In this document: in pieces, positions 1-11,661 of the stretch
Layout: each line of letters begins with the position of its first letter
Position numbering within the stretch: the first letter of the stretch is position 1
Source of the DNA: Coraliomargaritaceae bacterium
GTDB taxonomy: Bacteria; Verrucomicrobiota; Verrucomicrobiia; Opitutales; Coraliomargaritaceae
NCBI GenBank assembly: GCA_965656495.1
Contig: CBFHKU010000005.1
Location: 118,348 to 182,347 of the forward strand
DNA length: 64,000 nucleotides
Direction of reading: 5' to 3'
Made by a program: the position numbers and the translations under genes
Notes under the pieces: generated by a model
Seen by the model: only the letters and a program-made list of their open reading frames with translations
Databases searched by the model: none
Told to the model about the DNA's origin: nothing

Positions 1-171
1 CATGTCCTCAGTCAATTTTCTACTGAGGAAAAAAAACTTTTAGCGGAACAAATGCCCACTTACGTGGCGCACCTGCTTCGCATTATTGACAGTGACTTCG
101 ACACTGCCATGAATACTATAAATCAACGCAACGCATCAGAGCATGAGCGCAACCAAAACCAAAACCTATAA
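1..171 (+). CDS. pth: peptidyl-tRNA hydrolase, 3' end only
   Basis: Frame 1 reads HVLSQFSTEEKKLL...DTAMNTIN..., resembling the Pth C-terminus; TAA at 169-171; lies directly before rpsF. Not in the ORF track. Confidence 0.75.
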   Translation, partial: HVLSQFSTEEKKLLAEQMPTYVAHLLRIIDSDFDTAMNTINQRNASEHERNQNQNL

Positions 172-439
172 CATCTCTTTCATTTTTGACCTTCGCGATT
201 CGGAAGACGACACGCAGAAAGTCATTGATGATATTCAATCCATCGCGACCAGTCTTGGCGGCGAGGTAACCGGGAGTGAAATCCTCGGCATGCGGGAGTT
301 TGCCCGTGCGGCCGACCAGCGCTTCACTCAGGGGCATTACGTGCAAATGCAGGTCAATGCTGGCCCGGGTTTACCCGCTGAGCTCAAGGAAAAGCTGCGC
401 CACGACCGCCGCGTAGACCGTATTTTTGTCGAGGCCTAA
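143..439 (+). CDS. rpsF: 30S ribosomal protein S6
   Basis: 98 aa, LGMREFAR...GHYV motif, upstream of ssb. Confidence 0.9.
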   Translation: MSATKTKTYNISFIFDLRDSEDDTQKVIDDIQSIATSLGGEVTGSEILGMREFARAADQRFTQGHYVQMQVNAGPGLPAELKEKLRHDRRVDRIFVEA

Positions 440-484
440 GAACGGCCTCTTCTCTATCCGTCACCACCTCAACCCCACAACGTT

Positions 485-940
485 ATGGCCTCCTTCAATA
501 AAGTAATCCTCATGGGCAACCTGACTCGCGACCCGGAAATGCGCGTGACTCCCAGTGGGCTTTCAATTTGTAAGCTGGGGCTGGCGGTTAATCGCAACTA
601 CACGACCCGCGATGGCGAGCGCCGTGAGGAAACTACTTTTGTGGATATCGACGCGTTTGATAAACAGGCGGAGGTGATTGCCAAATATATGAGCAAAGGC
701 AGTCCGATTCTGGTTGAGGGGCGCTTGAAATTCGACCAATGGGAAAGCGACGGCCAAAAACGGTCAAAGCTCTCGGTCGTGCTGGATCGCTTCGAGTTTG
801 TCGGTGGATCCCGCGATCAAAATCAAGGCGGCGGTTACGAACAGAGTTCGCCCCCGGCCCGCGACTCGAAACCGGCTCCCAGCGCTCCAGCCGATAATGC
901 CGGAGATGCCAGCGCACTCGACGAAGACGTCCCCTTTTAA
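485..940 (+). CDS. ssb: single-stranded DNA-binding protein
   Basis: NKVILMGNLTRDPE start, acidic DEDVPF tail. Confidence 0.98.
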   Translation: MASFNKVILMGNLTRDPEMRVTPSGLSICKLGLAVNRNYTTRDGERREETTFVDIDAFDKQAEVIAKYMSKGSPILVEGRLKFDQWESDGQKRSKLSVVLDRFEFVGGSRDQNQGGGYEQSSPPARDSKPAPSAPADNAGDASALDEDVPF

Positions 941-994
941 AAGCGGGACACATCAACTTTACCACAATTAACACTAGATAAATTCCAATAAATT

Positions 995-1507
995 ATGGCT
1001 ACCAATCAGGTACTTCTACTCAAGCCCGTTGAGGGACTCGGCGCCGAGGGCGACACCGTGACGGTTCGCTCCGGTTATGCGCGCAACTTTCTCTTGCCGC
1101 GCAAGATTGCCCTGCCCGTCACGCAGGCCAACAAAAAACAAATGGAGGCGCTGCTCAAGGCTCGTGAAGCACGCGAGCAACAAGAACTGGAGTCCGCTCG
1201 TGAATTGGCACAACGTATCGAAGCCATCACCATCGCAATCGCAGTCAAGACCGGTGAGGGCGGTAAAATGTTTGGTGCCGTCACTGCCAATGATTTGTTG
1301 ACCCGCCTGAAGGAGGAGGGTGTGGAGCTCACAAAGAAGCAATTGCGCTTGCCGGCTCCGGTGAAGGAATTGGGTTCGCATCTTGCCAACGTCAAAATTC
1401 ATGGCGATGTGGAAACTGAACTGAAGTTTGAGGTGGTTTCCGAAAACCCGATTGAGGAGTCCGCAGACGCGGCAGCGGAAGAGGAGACCCAGGAGGTCGC
1501 TGACTAA
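995..1507 (+). CDS. rplI: 50S ribosomal protein L9
   Basis: GLGAEGDTVTVRSGYARNFLLP, GKMFGAVT. Confidence 0.98.
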   Translation: MATNQVLLLKPVEGLGAEGDTVTVRSGYARNFLLPRKIALPVTQANKKQMEALLKAREAREQQELESARELAQRIEAITIAIAVKTGEGGKMFGAVTANDLLTRLKEEGVELTKKQLRLPAPVKELGSHLANVKIHGDVETELKFEVVSENPIEESADAAAEEETQEVAD

Positions 1508-1536
1508 TCCGGCGACCCCATTAACATGTTCTGCTG

Positions 1537-2982
1537 ATGCCATCCGAACCCACGTCTAAACCAAGGAATCGCGGTGGTCGTGATTTTGAGGGCGGGCGTG
1601 CGGCGCTCCAGGGTGGTGATGAATCCATAACCCGTGCCCAACCGCACAGTATTGAGGCGGAGGAAGGCTTGCTGGCCGCCTGCCTGATCGATGGCGGGCG
1701 CGAGGTCTTGACGGATTGCATCGAGGCGAAAATCCAGCCGGATTTTTTCTACAAGGAAACACACAAGCTCATCTTTCAGGCGCTCATTAAACTTTATGAA
1801 GTGGGCGACCCGATTGATGAGATCTTGCTCTATGAATACCTGAAAAAGGAAGGGCTGGATGAAAGCGTCGGCGGGATAGCCACGATTTATGCCATTCAAG
1901 ACCGGATTGAGACTGCCGCGCACGCTCGCTACTTTGCCAAGATTGTTCATGAGAAATACCTGCTGCGGCGCTTGATTCGCACTTCGCGCGAGGCGATTGA
2001 GGCCTGCTATTATCAACAGGAGGATATCAGTGGCTTTATTGAAAAGATCGAGCAGGACATCCACCAGATCAGCAGCGGTCGCATAACCGAGGGAGCGGTG
2101 CCGATTAAAAAACCGCTGGATCAAGCGGTGAATAATATCCAAGCCCTGCTGAATGGGCGTGATGACCTGGAGGGTGTGTTGTCGGGCTTCCGGGATTTGG
2201 ACGGCATGACTTATGGTTTCCACCCCGGTCAGATGATCGTGCTGGCGGCGCGGCCCTCGGTGGGTAAAACCTCGCTTGCGATGAATTTTGCAGAACATGC
2301 GGTGATTCCGGACGGGGGCCACAAGCCCTCCGGTGTCTTGGTCTTCAGTTTGGAAATGACGGCGGCGGATTTGGCGATGCGTTTGATTTGCAGTCGGGCG
2401 CGGGTGGATCAAAAACGTATCCGGGATCGGGTGGCTTCGGCGCAGGATCAACGCGAGATTTTCCAGGCTTCAAAGGAATTGGAGACGGTGCCGTTATGGA
2501 TTGATGATGCTTCCAGTTCCTCGATTCTCGATTTGCGCGCAAAGGCGCGGCGGGTGGATAGCAAGCACCGCTTGGGTTTAATCGTGATTGATTACCTGCA
2601 GTTGGTGCGTGGGACGGATCCACGGATGCCCCGGGAGCAACAGATTGCAGAAATTTCCCGAGGGGTGAAGGGGATGGCGAAGGAATTGAATGTTCCGGTG
2701 GTGGTGCTCAGCCAATTGAATCGTGAATCGGAGCGCGAGAACCGAGATCCGCGCTTGTCGGACCTGCGTGAATCCGGATCGATTGAGCAGGATGCGGACG
2801 TGGTTATGATCCTGCACCGCCCGAAGAAACGGGACGATGACGAGGGTGTGGATGAAGGCGGCATGGCGGGTGATGTGGAACACATCAAGTTAATCATTGC
2901 CAAACAGCGGAATGGGCCGATAGGTGAAGTGGATCTCACTTTCATGCGGCGATACACCCGATACGAGAATTTCCAGCGCTAA
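1537..2982 (+). CDS. dnaB: replicative DNA helicase
   Basis: AARPSVGKT Walker [32 protein letters not shown]. Confidence 0.98.
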   Translation: MPSEPTSKPRNRGGRDFEGGRAALQGGDESITRAQPHSIEAEEGLLAACLIDGGREVLTDCIEAKIQPDFFYKETHKLIFQALIKLYEVGDPIDEILLYEYLKKEGLDESVGGIATIYAIQDRIETAAHARYFAKIVHEKYLLRRLIRTSREAIEACYYQQEDISGFIEKIEQDIHQISSGRITEGAVPIKKPLDQAVNNIQALLNGRDDLEGVLSGFRDLDGMTYGFHPGQMIVLAARPSVGKTSLAMNFAEHAVIPDGGHKPSGVLVFSLEMTAADLAMRLICSRARVDQKRIRDRVASAQDQREIFQASKELETVPLWIDDASSSSILDLRAKARRVDSKHRLGLIVIDYLQLVRGTDPRMPREQQIAEISRGVKGMAKELNVPVVVLSQLNRESERENRDPRLSDLRESGSIEQDADVVMILHRPKKRDDDEGVDEGGMAGDVEHIKLIIAKQRNGPIGEVDLTFMRRYTRYENFQR

Positions 2983-3012
2983 CGGTCGAATTTCACCTAA
3001 TCTATTCTTATT

Positions 3013-5367
3013 ATGTTTATCTTCAGGCTTCAAAACTATGTAGGCGTATTGCTACTTGCCTGTATGGGGTGGGTGATCACATTGCCCGCTCAATCTGAGC
3101 AAGCTGCCCTGCCGACCGTCGAGTCGATCGAAATTGAGTTTGAGGGGTTCCAATCTGTCAGTGACGGCTTTGTGATGGGTTTTGTTCAGCTGCGCGAGGG
3201 AATGGCTTACAGTTCGGTGCTCGCGGATCAGACGATTCACGCCTTGTATGCGACCAACCGGTTTGAGTTTGTTGAGATAAAGGTTGAGGACGGGGAGGGT
3301 GATGCCGTTAAGGTGATACTGCGTCTTGTTCCAAAATACACTTTAATGACAATCCGTTTTGAGGGCGCTAGTCGTTATTCTTACGACCGTCTCATGGAGA
3401 AGGCAGAGCTCACGGAGGGCGTGCCTTTGGACGAATATGCCATTGCGGCGGGTGCGCGGAAATTACAGGAATACTTTGTTGAAAAAAGTTACTCCGATTC
3501 CACGGTTGAGTACCGAATTGAAAAAGATGGGGAAAGCGGGTTCGCGACCGCGATTTTTGATATAAACCAAGCCCGTAAACTCCACATCAAATCGATCGAG
3601 TTTGAAGGCAATGCCGCAGTCAAGAGTAAGCATTTGCGTCGTGCTATGGAAATCAAGCGGCGGAACTGGATCTCCTGGCTTTCAGGTACAGGAAAGTTTA
3701 TCGAGGCGGATTTCGAGGAGGACTTGGTGAATCTGCGCCAGAAGTATCTGGACGAGGGTTTTCTGGATGTGGAAATCAATGCTGACTCGGTCCGTTTTGA
3801 TTATCCTCGGAAGAAGAAAATGACGATTACAATCCCAATCGTTGAAGGCGCCCCCTACTTTTTGGGTAATTTCTCGGTTGAGGGTTTAACGGTCTTTACG
3901 GAGGCGGAAGTGATGCGCATGGTGCGTCTCAATGCGGGCGACCGGTTTTCTCCCAGCATGGTCGATGCGGCTGCCGATGCGATTCAGGAATACTACACCT
4001 CGCGCGGCTATTTGAATACCTACGTGCGTGCGGAACGCATTTCGACAATGGAGAACCGCACCATCGATATAATTTTCCGGGTTCAGGAAAGTGAGAAATT
4101 TTACGTGGAATCCATCAATATTGAAGGCAACACCAAGACCAAGACCCGGGTGATCGTGCGGGAGTTGGCCTTGCGCCCGGCGGATGTCTTTGACCTCACC
4201 CGCATGAAGACCAGTGAGCGCCGCCTGCAAAATACCCGTTTCTTCCAAGAGGTGCGATTGAATCCGGAAACTACCAATGTCCCGGGGCGCAAGGACTTGA
4301 ATGTGACGGTCAGTGAAGGGCACACCGGAAACCTGAGTTTCGGGATGGGCTTTGGTTCGGTGGAGAGTGCTCAGGTTTTCTTTGAGACGCGTCAGGGCAA
4401 CTTCGACCTGTTCAACCCTTCAAGTGGATTCCAAGGTGATGGACAGAAGTTCCGCCTGCGTTTCTCAATTGGTAATCGCAGTAATCAAGCCCTCTTGACT
4501 TTCGAGGAACCCTGGTTGTTTGAGCAGCGTCTTGCCTTTGGAGTGGAGTTGTTCCGGACAGAATCCGACTACCAAAGTAGTGACTATAATGAATTGCGCA
4601 CTGGTTTTGAACTGTATTTCCGCCGTCGTCTCTTTGAATTGGTGGAGGGGCGCTTGTCTTACCGCCTCGAATTCGTCGATATTTTTGATGTAGCGGGCGA
4701 TGGGGTTGACCCGAATGACAACGTGGCGGACGTCTTTCAGGCGGCGGAGGGCGAATCCACCGTGTCCAAGTTGGGGCTGACCTTCTTGCGTGACTCGCGT
4801 GATTCGGTGCTATTCACGCGGCGCGGCAACCGTACCACCCTTGAGACCGAACTCGCGGGACTGGGGGGCGATGTCAATTACCTGAAATTTGAGGGGCGCA
4901 CCGCGCATTTCATCCCCACCTTTGAGACGCTGGAGCAAACCCTGTCGATTCTGGGTCGTCTGGGAACGGCGCTACCTTATGGTAATAGCGATACGATTCC
5001 GTTTTATGACCGGTTCTATCTGGGTGGCCCGGAAACCTTGCGCGGTTTCGAATACCGCGATGTCGGGCCGCGCGATGAGGACGACCCCAGCGAGCCCGTT
5101 GGCGGTAACACCTACGGAATGCTTTCGTTTGAGTATGGTTTTCGGCTTGCGGAACCCTTTGGTATCGTTGCTTTCTATGATATGGGTTTTGTAAATAGTG
5201 AGGATTTTGATTTCAATTTTTCAGATTATGCTTCTAACTGGGGAGTTGGAGCGAGAATTATGCTCATGGGTTCACCGCTCAAGCTGGATCTCGGTTTTCC
5301 AATGAACGACCCAGCGGGTGACGCCGATGGCACACAATTTAATTTTTCATTTGGCACGCGCTTTTAA
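3013..5367 (+). CDS. bamA: outer membrane protein assembly factor BamA
   Basis: Signal peptide, POTRA repeats ([14 protein letters not shown]), LRGF, C-terminal FNFSFGTRF. Confidence 0.95.
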   Translation: MFIFRLQNYVGVLLLACMGWVITLPAQSEQAALPTVESIEIEFEGFQSVSDGFVMGFVQLREGMAYSSVLADQTIHALYATNRFEFVEIKVEDGEGDAVKVILRLVPKYTLMTIRFEGASRYSYDRLMEKAELTEGVPLDEYAIAAGARKLQEYFVEKSYSDSTVEYRIEKDGESGFATAIFDINQARKLHIKSIEFEGNAAVKSKHLRRAMEIKRRNWISWLSGTGKFIEADFEEDLVNLRQKYLDEGFLDVEINADSVRFDYPRKKKMTITIPIVEGAPYFLGNFSVEGLTVFTEAEVMRMVRLNAGDRFSPSMVDAAADAIQEYYTSRGYLNTYVRAERISTMENRTIDIIFRVQESEKFYVESINIEGNTKTKTRVIVRELALRPADVFDLTRMKTSERRLQNTRFFQEVRLNPETTNVPGRKDLNVTVSEGHTGNLSFGMGFGSVESAQVFFETRQGNFDLFNPSSGFQGDGQKFRLRFSIGNRSNQALLTFEEPWLFEQRLAFGVELFRTESDYQSSDYNELRTGFELYFRRRLFELVEGRLSYRLEFVDIFDVAGDGVDPNDNVADVFQAAEGESTVSKLGLTFLRDSRDSVLFTRRGNRTTLETELAGLGGDVNYLKFEGRTAHFIPTFETLEQTLSILGRLGTALPYGNSDTIPFYDRFYLGGPETLRGFEYRDVGPRDEDDPSEPVGGNTYGMLSFEYGFRLAEPFGIVAFYDMGFVNSEDFDFNFSDYASNWGVGARIMLMGSPLKLDLGFPMNDPAGDADGTQFNFSFGTRF

Positions 5368-5415
5368 CTCTACTATCTATTCAATTAATAAACCTCAGAT
5401 TATATAAAGATTATC

Positions 5416-6024
5416 ATGAAAAAAACAATAGTACTCGCTCTGGTAACGCTCATGGCGGCCGGTTTTAGTTACGCACAGGAAGCAAGCCGCGTTGGCACGG
5501 TCAATATGGAGCGCCTAATGAATGACTACGTGGACTACCAAAGTGCGGTGAAACGCGTGGAAGGTGCCGCCCAAACTGCTCAAGAAGAAGTGGATGCTTT
5601 TAAAGCCAAGTTAGGCTTGGACGCGGTTGAGGCAAAAGTTCAGGAGCTCCAGCAAACCGCTCAAAATCCTGCAACGGCAGACATCGCTCGTCAAAATGCC
5701 GAGAGCGAAGCTCAAAAACTGATCAATGAAAATCAGGATAAAATCCAGCAACTGAACGCTTACGGCACACAACTCCAGCAGCAAAACCAGCAAAACCGAA
5801 ACCGCATCCTCAATCCTTTCCAGTTGAAAATGCGTGAGGCCATCATTGAAGTGGCGAAAGACAAGGGTTTTGATTTGGTCGTACCCATTGCACCGCAGAA
5901 GGTCACTGTTCCCGTCGATGAAGAAACCACTGAGGAATATAACGTCTTCATGGGGAATATCCTGTATGCCTCTGATAGCATTGAGATCACCGATTCGGTC
6001 ATCGCAGTGCTCAACGCAGAGTAA
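5416..6024 (+). CDS. skp: OmpH/Skp periplasmic chaperone
   Basis: Signal peptide, VGTVNM, coiled coil, VAKDKGFDLV, EITDSVI; between bamA and lpxD. Confidence 0.85.
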   Translation: MKKTIVLALVTLMAAGFSYAQEASRVGTVNMERLMNDYVDYQSAVKRVEGAAQTAQEEVDAFKAKLGLDAVEAKVQELQQTAQNPATADIARQNAESEAQKLINENQDKIQQLNAYGTQLQQQNQQNRNRILNPFQLKMREAIIEVAKDKGFDLVVPIAPQKVTVPVDEETTEEYNVFMGNILYASDSIEITDSVIAVLNAE

Positions 6025-6041
6025 CACAGATGCGTTTTTCT

Positions 6042-6074
6042 AAAACCCTGTTCTCGCCAAGAACAGGGTTTTTT
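6042..6074 (+). terminator. intrinsic terminator between skp and lpxD
   Basis: AAAACCCTGTTCT-CGCCA-AGAACAGGGTTTT followed by further Ts. Confidence 0.8.
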
Positions 6075-6090
6075 CTTTTAAAGACTCACC

Positions 6091-7131
6091 ATGCTTAGTT
6101 ATTCCATCGAACGTATTCTCGAGATAGTCGGGAAAGATGCCATGACAGTTGGCACTTACGACGGTGAGATCAATGGTATTGCATCACTCGCGGATGGCGA
6201 TGCGGGGGATTTGTCTTTTTTGGGTAATGCGAAATACCGTAGTCAGGTGGCGGATTGCGGGGCCTCGGTACTGCTTTTGCCCAAGGACTATGAGGGTCAA
6301 CCCAGGGACGCGCAGCTTTTCATCCTGCTGGAGAACCCCAGTTACGCCCTCGCTTTGATTTGCCGCGACATCGAAAACAATCTTTATCCCCGCCCTCCGG
6401 CTGGCATCCATCCGACCGCGCATGTGGAGGATTCCGCAGTCGTGGATCCAAGCGCGAGCATTGGTGCATTTTGCTATGTTGCGGCAGGTGCTCAAATCGG
6501 GGCACAGGCTGTTTTGGAAAACCATGTTTCGATCGGTCGCGAAGCGCGAATCGGGAAGGAATGTCATTTGTTTCCGCAGGTCACCGTAGCGGATCGATGC
6601 ATCATCGGTGAACGCAACCGCCTCCTCGCGGGCTGTGTGATCGGTGCGGATGGCTACGGTTATGCTCCGGTGGAGGGGCAGCACCAGCGTATACCGCAAA
6701 TTGGGAATGTCGTCACTGAAGCGGATGTAGATATCGGAGCTAACAGTACGATTGATCGGGCACGTTTTGGAACCACTCGAATCGGGGCCGGCACTAAAAT
6801 CGATAATCTGGTACAGGTGGCGCACAATGTCACGGTGGGGAAGCATTGCCTCCTCGTTGCCCAATGTGGAGTCAGTGGGAGCACCGTCTTGGGTGACCGC
6901 GTCATTCTCGCGGGGCAATCCGGCGTAACCGGGCATGTTAATATTGGTGATGGAACTTTGCTTTATGCGAAATCCGGCGCGATGCGTTCCACCGAACCCA
7001 ACGAGAAAATTTCGGGCACGCATGGCCAGAATGCCAACCTAATGAATCGCATCTATGTGCTACAGCGAAAATTGCCGGAGCTCTTCAAAAGGTTTGAAGC
7101 GCTGGAAAAATTTGTAGAATCTCAAAAATAA
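6091..7131 (+). CDS. lpxD: UDP-3-O-acyl-glucosamine N-acyltransferase
   Basis: Hexapeptide repeats, IGADGYGY, TKIDNLVQVAHNV. Confidence 0.97.
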   Translation: MLSYSIERILEIVGKDAMTVGTYDGEINGIASLADGDAGDLSFLGNAKYRSQVADCGASVLLLPKDYEGQPRDAQLFILLENPSYALALICRDIENNLYPRPPAGIHPTAHVEDSAVVDPSASIGAFCYVAAGAQIGAQAVLENHVSIGREARIGKECHLFPQVTVADRCIIGERNRLLAGCVIGADGYGYAPVEGQHQRIPQIGNVVTEADVDIGANSTIDRARFGTTRIGAGTKIDNLVQVAHNVTVGKHCLLVAQCGVSGSTVLGDRVILAGQSGVTGHVNIGDGTLLYAKSGAMRSTEPNEKISGTHGQNANLMNRIYVLQRKLPELFKRFEALEKFVESQK

Positions 7132-7153
7132 TCACCACCATAAACCAAACTCT

Positions 7154-8098
7154 ATGAATTCACTCAAGATTTTCACCGGCAACTCGAATCCCGCCCTCGC
7201 AAAAAAAATATGTGATTATTTAGGTACCAGCTTGGGCGCCGCCACAGTAGAGAGTTTCCCGGATGGAGAGAGTTTTGTGCGGATTGATGAGAATATACGC
7301 GGGGCGGACGTCTTTATCATACAGTCCACCTGCAATCCTGCGAACCAGCATCTGATGGAACTCTTCATCATGATTGATGCCGCCCGCCGCGCCTCGGCAA
7401 AACGCATCACGGCAGTGATTCCATTTTACGGCTACGCGCGGCAGGATCGCAAAGACCAACCACGGGTTCCGATTACCTCAAAACTGGTGGCCAATCTACT
7501 GGTGTCTGCCGGTGCCAACCGCATCCTGACGATTGACCTACACGCCCAGCAAATTCAGGGCTTCTTTGATATCCCGGTTGATCATCTTTACGCTTCCCCA
7601 GTGCTCTTCCAATATTTGAAAGACCTGGATCGCGACAACCTCACGCTCTTCTCGCCGGATGTGGGTGGAATGAAGATGGCCTCGGCCTATGCCAATCTCC
7701 TGAAGGTTCCGCTTGGGTTCATTGCCAAGCGCCGCACCGATGCCGAAACAGTGGAAGCAGTTTCTTTGGTGGGCGAAACGGAAGGTCGCGACATTTTATT
7801 GATCGATGATATGACCGAAACTGCGGGTACGCTTTGTGCCGCCGCCGAGCTTTTGAAAAAGAACGGCGCCCGAAGTGTCATGGCAGCGGTCAGTCATGGA
7901 GTGCTGAATGAACGCGGCTATGAGCGCATCGGCAAGGGCTTGCTCAATCAGTTGATCACCACCGATTCAACCCCGATCGAGCAGCGCGATGACTTACCGA
8001 TCACCGTCCTGAGCGTGGCGGAATTACTGGGAGAGGGTATCAACCGGATTCACAGCAATTCCAGTGTGACCGGCCTCTTTGATGTGAAGGGTTTTTAA
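7154..8098 (+). CDS. prs: ribose-phosphate pyrophosphokinase
   Basis: FPDGE, YARQDRK, DLHAQQIQGFF. Confidence 0.98.
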   Translation: MNSLKIFTGNSNPALAKKICDYLGTSLGAATVESFPDGESFVRIDENIRGADVFIIQSTCNPANQHLMELFIMIDAARRASAKRITAVIPFYGYARQDRKDQPRVPITSKLVANLLVSAGANRILTIDLHAQQIQGFFDIPVDHLYASPVLFQYLKDLDRDNLTLFSPDVGGMKMASAYANLLKVPLGFIAKRRTDAETVEAVSLVGETEGRDILLIDDMTETAGTLCAAAELLKKNGARSVMAAVSHGVLNERGYERIGKGLLNQLITTDSTPIEQRDDLPITVLSVAELLGEGINRIHSNSSVTGLFDVKGF

Positions 8099-8153
8099 TG
8101 GTTTGAAGAAGCAAGTTGCGGAACTTGCAATTTTTCAATTTGTCCTTAACTGA

Positions 8154-9623
8154 ATGAATAAAATTATGCGTCTATTAATCACATTATTATTGGCCGCAGC
8201 GATCATGGTGGTCGCGCTCTGTGGCTCTGAGAATCCCCAACTGAACATTATTCCGGATGATCAGCCCGTTGCGGCGACGGAGGAAATCACAGTGGTTTCC
8301 TACGCTGATGTGCTGGAACGTGCGACTCCCTCGGTAGTGGCGGTTTACACGACCCGTCTGGAAACGGTGCGCAGCAGTCCTTTCTTTGGCCCCCGTGGCA
8401 TGGAGGATATCTTTCGTCAGTTTGGAATGCCGGTACCCGATTCCGGTGGCACGCAGGAACGTGAGAGCACCGGGGTTGGTTCCGGGGTTATTATTTCAAA
8501 GGATGGTTATATTGTGACGAATCGCCATGTGGTCGCGGCGGAGCGGGGTCAAAAGATTGATGAAATCCGAGTCCGCTTGGCGGATGATCGCGAATTTACG
8601 GCGGAGTTGATCGGGGAAGACGCCAAGACCGATGTTGCGGTGCTTCGTATTGAGTCGGATGTCGATTTGCCTGCGATTCAAATCGCCAACAGCGACCTCC
8701 TGCGGGTGGGCGATGTAGTCTTTGCGATTGGCAACCCCCTCGAAGTGGGGCTCACCGCCACCAAGGGAATTGTCTCCGCCACCGGTCGCGATTCCCTCGA
8801 TATCCTCGGTAAGGGGAGCTATGAAAATTTCATCCAAACCGATGCATCGATCAATATGGGTAATTCCGGCGGTGCCTTGATTGACGCTTGGGGTCGCTTG
8901 ATCGGAATCAACACCGCGATTTTATCACGTTCGGGCGGCAGCATTGGCATCGGCCTCGCGATTCCCTCGAACCTCGCGATTGGTGTAGCACACAAACTGG
9001 TCAATAGCGGCGAGGTGCAGCGCGGCTTACTTGGAATCATGCCGGGCGATTTGAATCAGAAACTCGCGGAATCCTTTGGTCTGGAATCAACCAAGGGTGC
9101 CATTGTTAATGAAGTGTATGAAGATACTCCCGCCGAGCGGGGCGGCCTAAAGCATGGCGATGTCATCATTGAAATTGACGGCGCTCCAATCGAATCGGCA
9201 CGCCAATTGCGATTGACGGTCTCACAAATGGCACCGGGTCGTGAGGTACAGGTAAAGGTGATTCGCGATGGCGAGGCCATGACCTTTCCCATTACGCTGG
9301 GTGACTTGAACGGCACTGCTTCGAGCGGCAAGGCTGGCGCAAAGGAATTGCACGGGCTTGATTTGGAACCGGTCGATGATGAGCTACGGGAATCCGCCTC
9401 GATTCCGGACCGGATTCAAGGTCTATACGTGAAGTCCTTGGGTGCCCGTTCGCCCTTTGCAGACGTCCTGCGCCAGGGTGTGGTCATCATTGAGGCGAAT
9501 GGGGTGCGGGTTAAAACCATCGAGGACTTTATGGAAAACCTACGGGTGGGCATCAACCGTCTCTACGTTTGGTATCGTGGCAGCTTTGTTCACGTCGGCG
9601 TTCGCCTTAATGAAGAGGACTAA
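8154..9623 (+). CDS. Do/DegP family periplasmic serine protease with PDZ domains
   Basis: GSGVII, TNRHVV, IQTDASINMGNSGGAL, PDZ domains. Confidence 0.93.
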   Translation: MNKIMRLLITLLLAAAIMVVALCGSENPQLNIIPDDQPVAATEEITVVSYADVLERATPSVVAVYTTRLETVRSSPFFGPRGMEDIFRQFGMPVPDSGGTQERESTGVGSGVIISKDGYIVTNRHVVAAERGQKIDEIRVRLADDREFTAELIGEDAKTDVAVLRIESDVDLPAIQIANSDLLRVGDVVFAIGNPLEVGLTATKGIVSATGRDSLDILGKGSYENFIQTDASINMGNSGGALIDAWGRLIGINTAILSRSGGSIGIGLAIPSNLAIGVAHKLVNSGEVQRGLLGIMPGDLNQKLAESFGLESTKGAIVNEVYEDTPAERGGLKHGDVIIEIDGAPIESARQLRLTVSQMAPGREVQVKVIRDGEAMTFPITLGDLNGTASSGKAGAKELHGLDLEPVDDELRESASIPDRIQGLYVKSLGARSPFADVLRQGVVIIEANGVRVKTIEDFMENLRVGINRLYVWYRGSFVHVGVRLNEED

Positions 9624-9632
9624 AGTCTTCGC

Positions 9633-10721
9633 CTAGGCCGCACCCACGCTTTGCCATAGCGCTTCTATCACGGCGGTTTCGACCCCCTCGGTCGTTACCG
9701 CCTCACCCACTGCCTGAAGGCTTACAAACCGCAGGGAACCGCTGCGGTTTTTCTTGTCTCGTTGCATGGCGGCAAGGAGGGCGCTGGTCTTGAGTGGTGA
9801 TTTCAGGTGCACCGGCAAGGCATGCGTCTCCAGTAGCTGAATCACGCGCTCGACCCAGGACGCCTCAAGCTGACCCAATTCTACGGACAGGCGCGTCGCG
9901 AGTACCAGACCGATGGCGACCGCTTCCCCGTGCAGGTAATCGCCATAACCGGCGGCGTTTTCAATAGCGTGGGCAAAGGTATGACCGAGGTTCAGGAGGG
10001 CACGACCCCCGCTCGCGGCGGTTTCGGTTTCGTCGTCGATCACGATTTGGGCCTTCAGTTCGCAGCAGCGTCGGATGATGGCGGGCAGTGCCTCTGATTG
10101 AGGGCTCAGTGCGCCCAGCGTTTCCAATTCATCGAAGAAGGCGCGGTCCGCCAAGAGACCGTATTTAATGACCTCTGCCATACCTGCCGCAAATTCCCGT
10201 GCGGGCAGGCTTCCCAGAAGTTCGGTATCAACAAAGACGGCCTTCGGTTGCCAGAACGCCCCCACCAGGTTTTTGCCCTCGGCCAGGTTGATGCCGGTTT
10301 TTCCGCCTACCGAACTGTCCACCATTGCGAGCAGGCTCGTAGGGATTTGGTAGAAATCAATCCCGCGCAGATAGCTGGCGGCAACAAATCCCGCGAGGTC
10401 GCCGATCACGCCCCCGCCAAAGGCGAAGACGACGCTGTCGCGGTTGCGATTACCCTGTGCGAGAAAGCTCAGCGCAGTGGCGTAGGGCTCGACGGACTTC
10501 GTGTTCTCACCAGCGGGAAGGCTCAGGATTTCATCTTGGGTGAAGCCTGCCGCTTTCAAGTAATCGGCGCGGCTCGCGAGGAGGTTCGCATCGCAGAGGA
10601 CGCAAACGGCGCGCTGGGCTTGTCTTAATTCCGAGAGGGTCGCGCTGAGCGCCTTTGAACTGTCAGTGAAATGGATGGGGTAGGCGCGGTCGCCGAGGGC
10701 TACGGTTAGGGCTTCATTCAT
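9633..10721 (-). CDS. aroB: 3-dehydroquinate synthase
   Basis: GGGVIGD, DSSVGGKT, LNLGHTFAHAIE. Confidence 0.98.
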   Translation of the reverse strand: MNEALTVALGDRAYPIHFTDSSKALSATLSELRQAQRAVCVLCDANLLASRADYLKAAGFTQDEILSLPAGENTKSVEPYATALSFLAQGNRNRDSVVFAFGGGVIGDLAGFVAASYLRGIDFYQIPTSLLAMVDSSVGGKTGINLAEGKNLVGAFWQPKAVFVDTELLGSLPAREFAAGMAEVIKYGLLADRAFFDELETLGALSPQSEALPAIIRRCCELKAQIVIDDETETAASGGRALLNLGHTFAHAIENAAGYGDYLHGEAVAIGLVLATRLSVELGQLEASWVERVIQLLETHALPVHLKSPLKTSALLAAMQRDKKNRSGSLRFVSLQAVGEAVTTEGVETAVIEALWQSVGAA

Positions 10722-11652
10722 GACTGGCTACGGGTTCTTCGAGGCCAAAGATGGCATCGGTATAGTTTTTGATTGAAAAGGGCTGGAGGTCGTCGGCTTG
10801 CTCACCGAGTCCGACAAAGAAGATGGGGAGCTTCAGGGCGCGATAAATACCCACGAGGGCGCCACCGCGGCTGGTGCCGTCCAACTTTGTAATGATGAGC
10901 CCCGTTAGCGGAAAGCTTTCATTGAATACTTTCGCCTGTTCGATGGAATTGGTGCCGAGGCTACCGTCCACCACAAGCCAACTGTGGTGCGGGGCTTCCG
11001 GATCCTGTTTGCGAATGACGCGGTTGAACTTCTCCAATTCCTTCATGAGGTTACCCTTGGTGTGGAGGCGTCCGGCGGTATCGAGAATGAGAGGGTTGCG
11101 GGCGCGGCTTTGGGCGGCGGCGTAGGCGTCATAAGCCACTGCGGCGGCGTCGGCGCCGTGTTGGCTGGCGACGAGCTCGATCTTGAGTTTCTCCGACCAA
11201 TATTTGATTTGCTCGTTGGCAGCGGCGCGAAAGGTGTCGCAGGCTCCCAGGAGCGGTTGGTAACCCTCCTGTTGGTAGCGGTGGCCCAATTTGGCGGCGG
11301 TGGTGGTTTTGCCGGAACCATTGACCCCCACGAGGGCGATGACCTCCGGTTGATGCGCGCCCAGATTTACCGAGCCTTCTGCGCCCTCAAGCACCCGACT
11401 GAGCACCTCCGCTCCAATGCGGGCCGCCGATTCGCTGCGGAGTTCCTTGTCGGATTGATAGGCGGCTTGAATCGCGCCCATGATTTCCTCGACCGTTTCG
11501 ACTCCGAAATCGGCGGTGTAGAGGGTTTCTTCGAGGGAATCGAGGGCTTCCGCGTCCATGCGCGGACCGGAAAAAACGCGCTCAAAGGCTTTGTGAAAAG
11601 TGGGGGTGTGCTTCTTGAACCCTTCCTTGAATTTTTTGAAACGGCTGAGCAT
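10714..11652 (-). CDS. ftsY: SRP receptor FtsY (NG domain only)
   Basis: GVNGSGKTTT, DTFRAAA, DTAGR, TKLDG. Confidence 0.97.
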   Translation of the reverse strand: MLSRFKKFKEGFKKHTPTFHKAFERVFSGPRMDAEALDSLEETLYTADFGVETVEEIMGAIQAAYQSDKELRSESAARIGAEVLSRVLEGAEGSVNLGAHQPEVIALVGVNGSGKTTTAAKLGHRYQQEGYQPLLGACDTFRAAANEQIKYWSEKLKIELVASQHGADAAAVAYDAYAAAQSRARNPLILDTAGRLHTKGNLMKELEKFNRVIRKQDPEAPHHSWLVVDGSLGTNSIEQAKVFNESFPLTGLIITKLDGTSRGGALVGIYRALKLPIFFVGLGEQADDLQPFSIKNYTDAIFGLEEPVASHE

Positions 11653-11661
11653 GGCTGGGGA

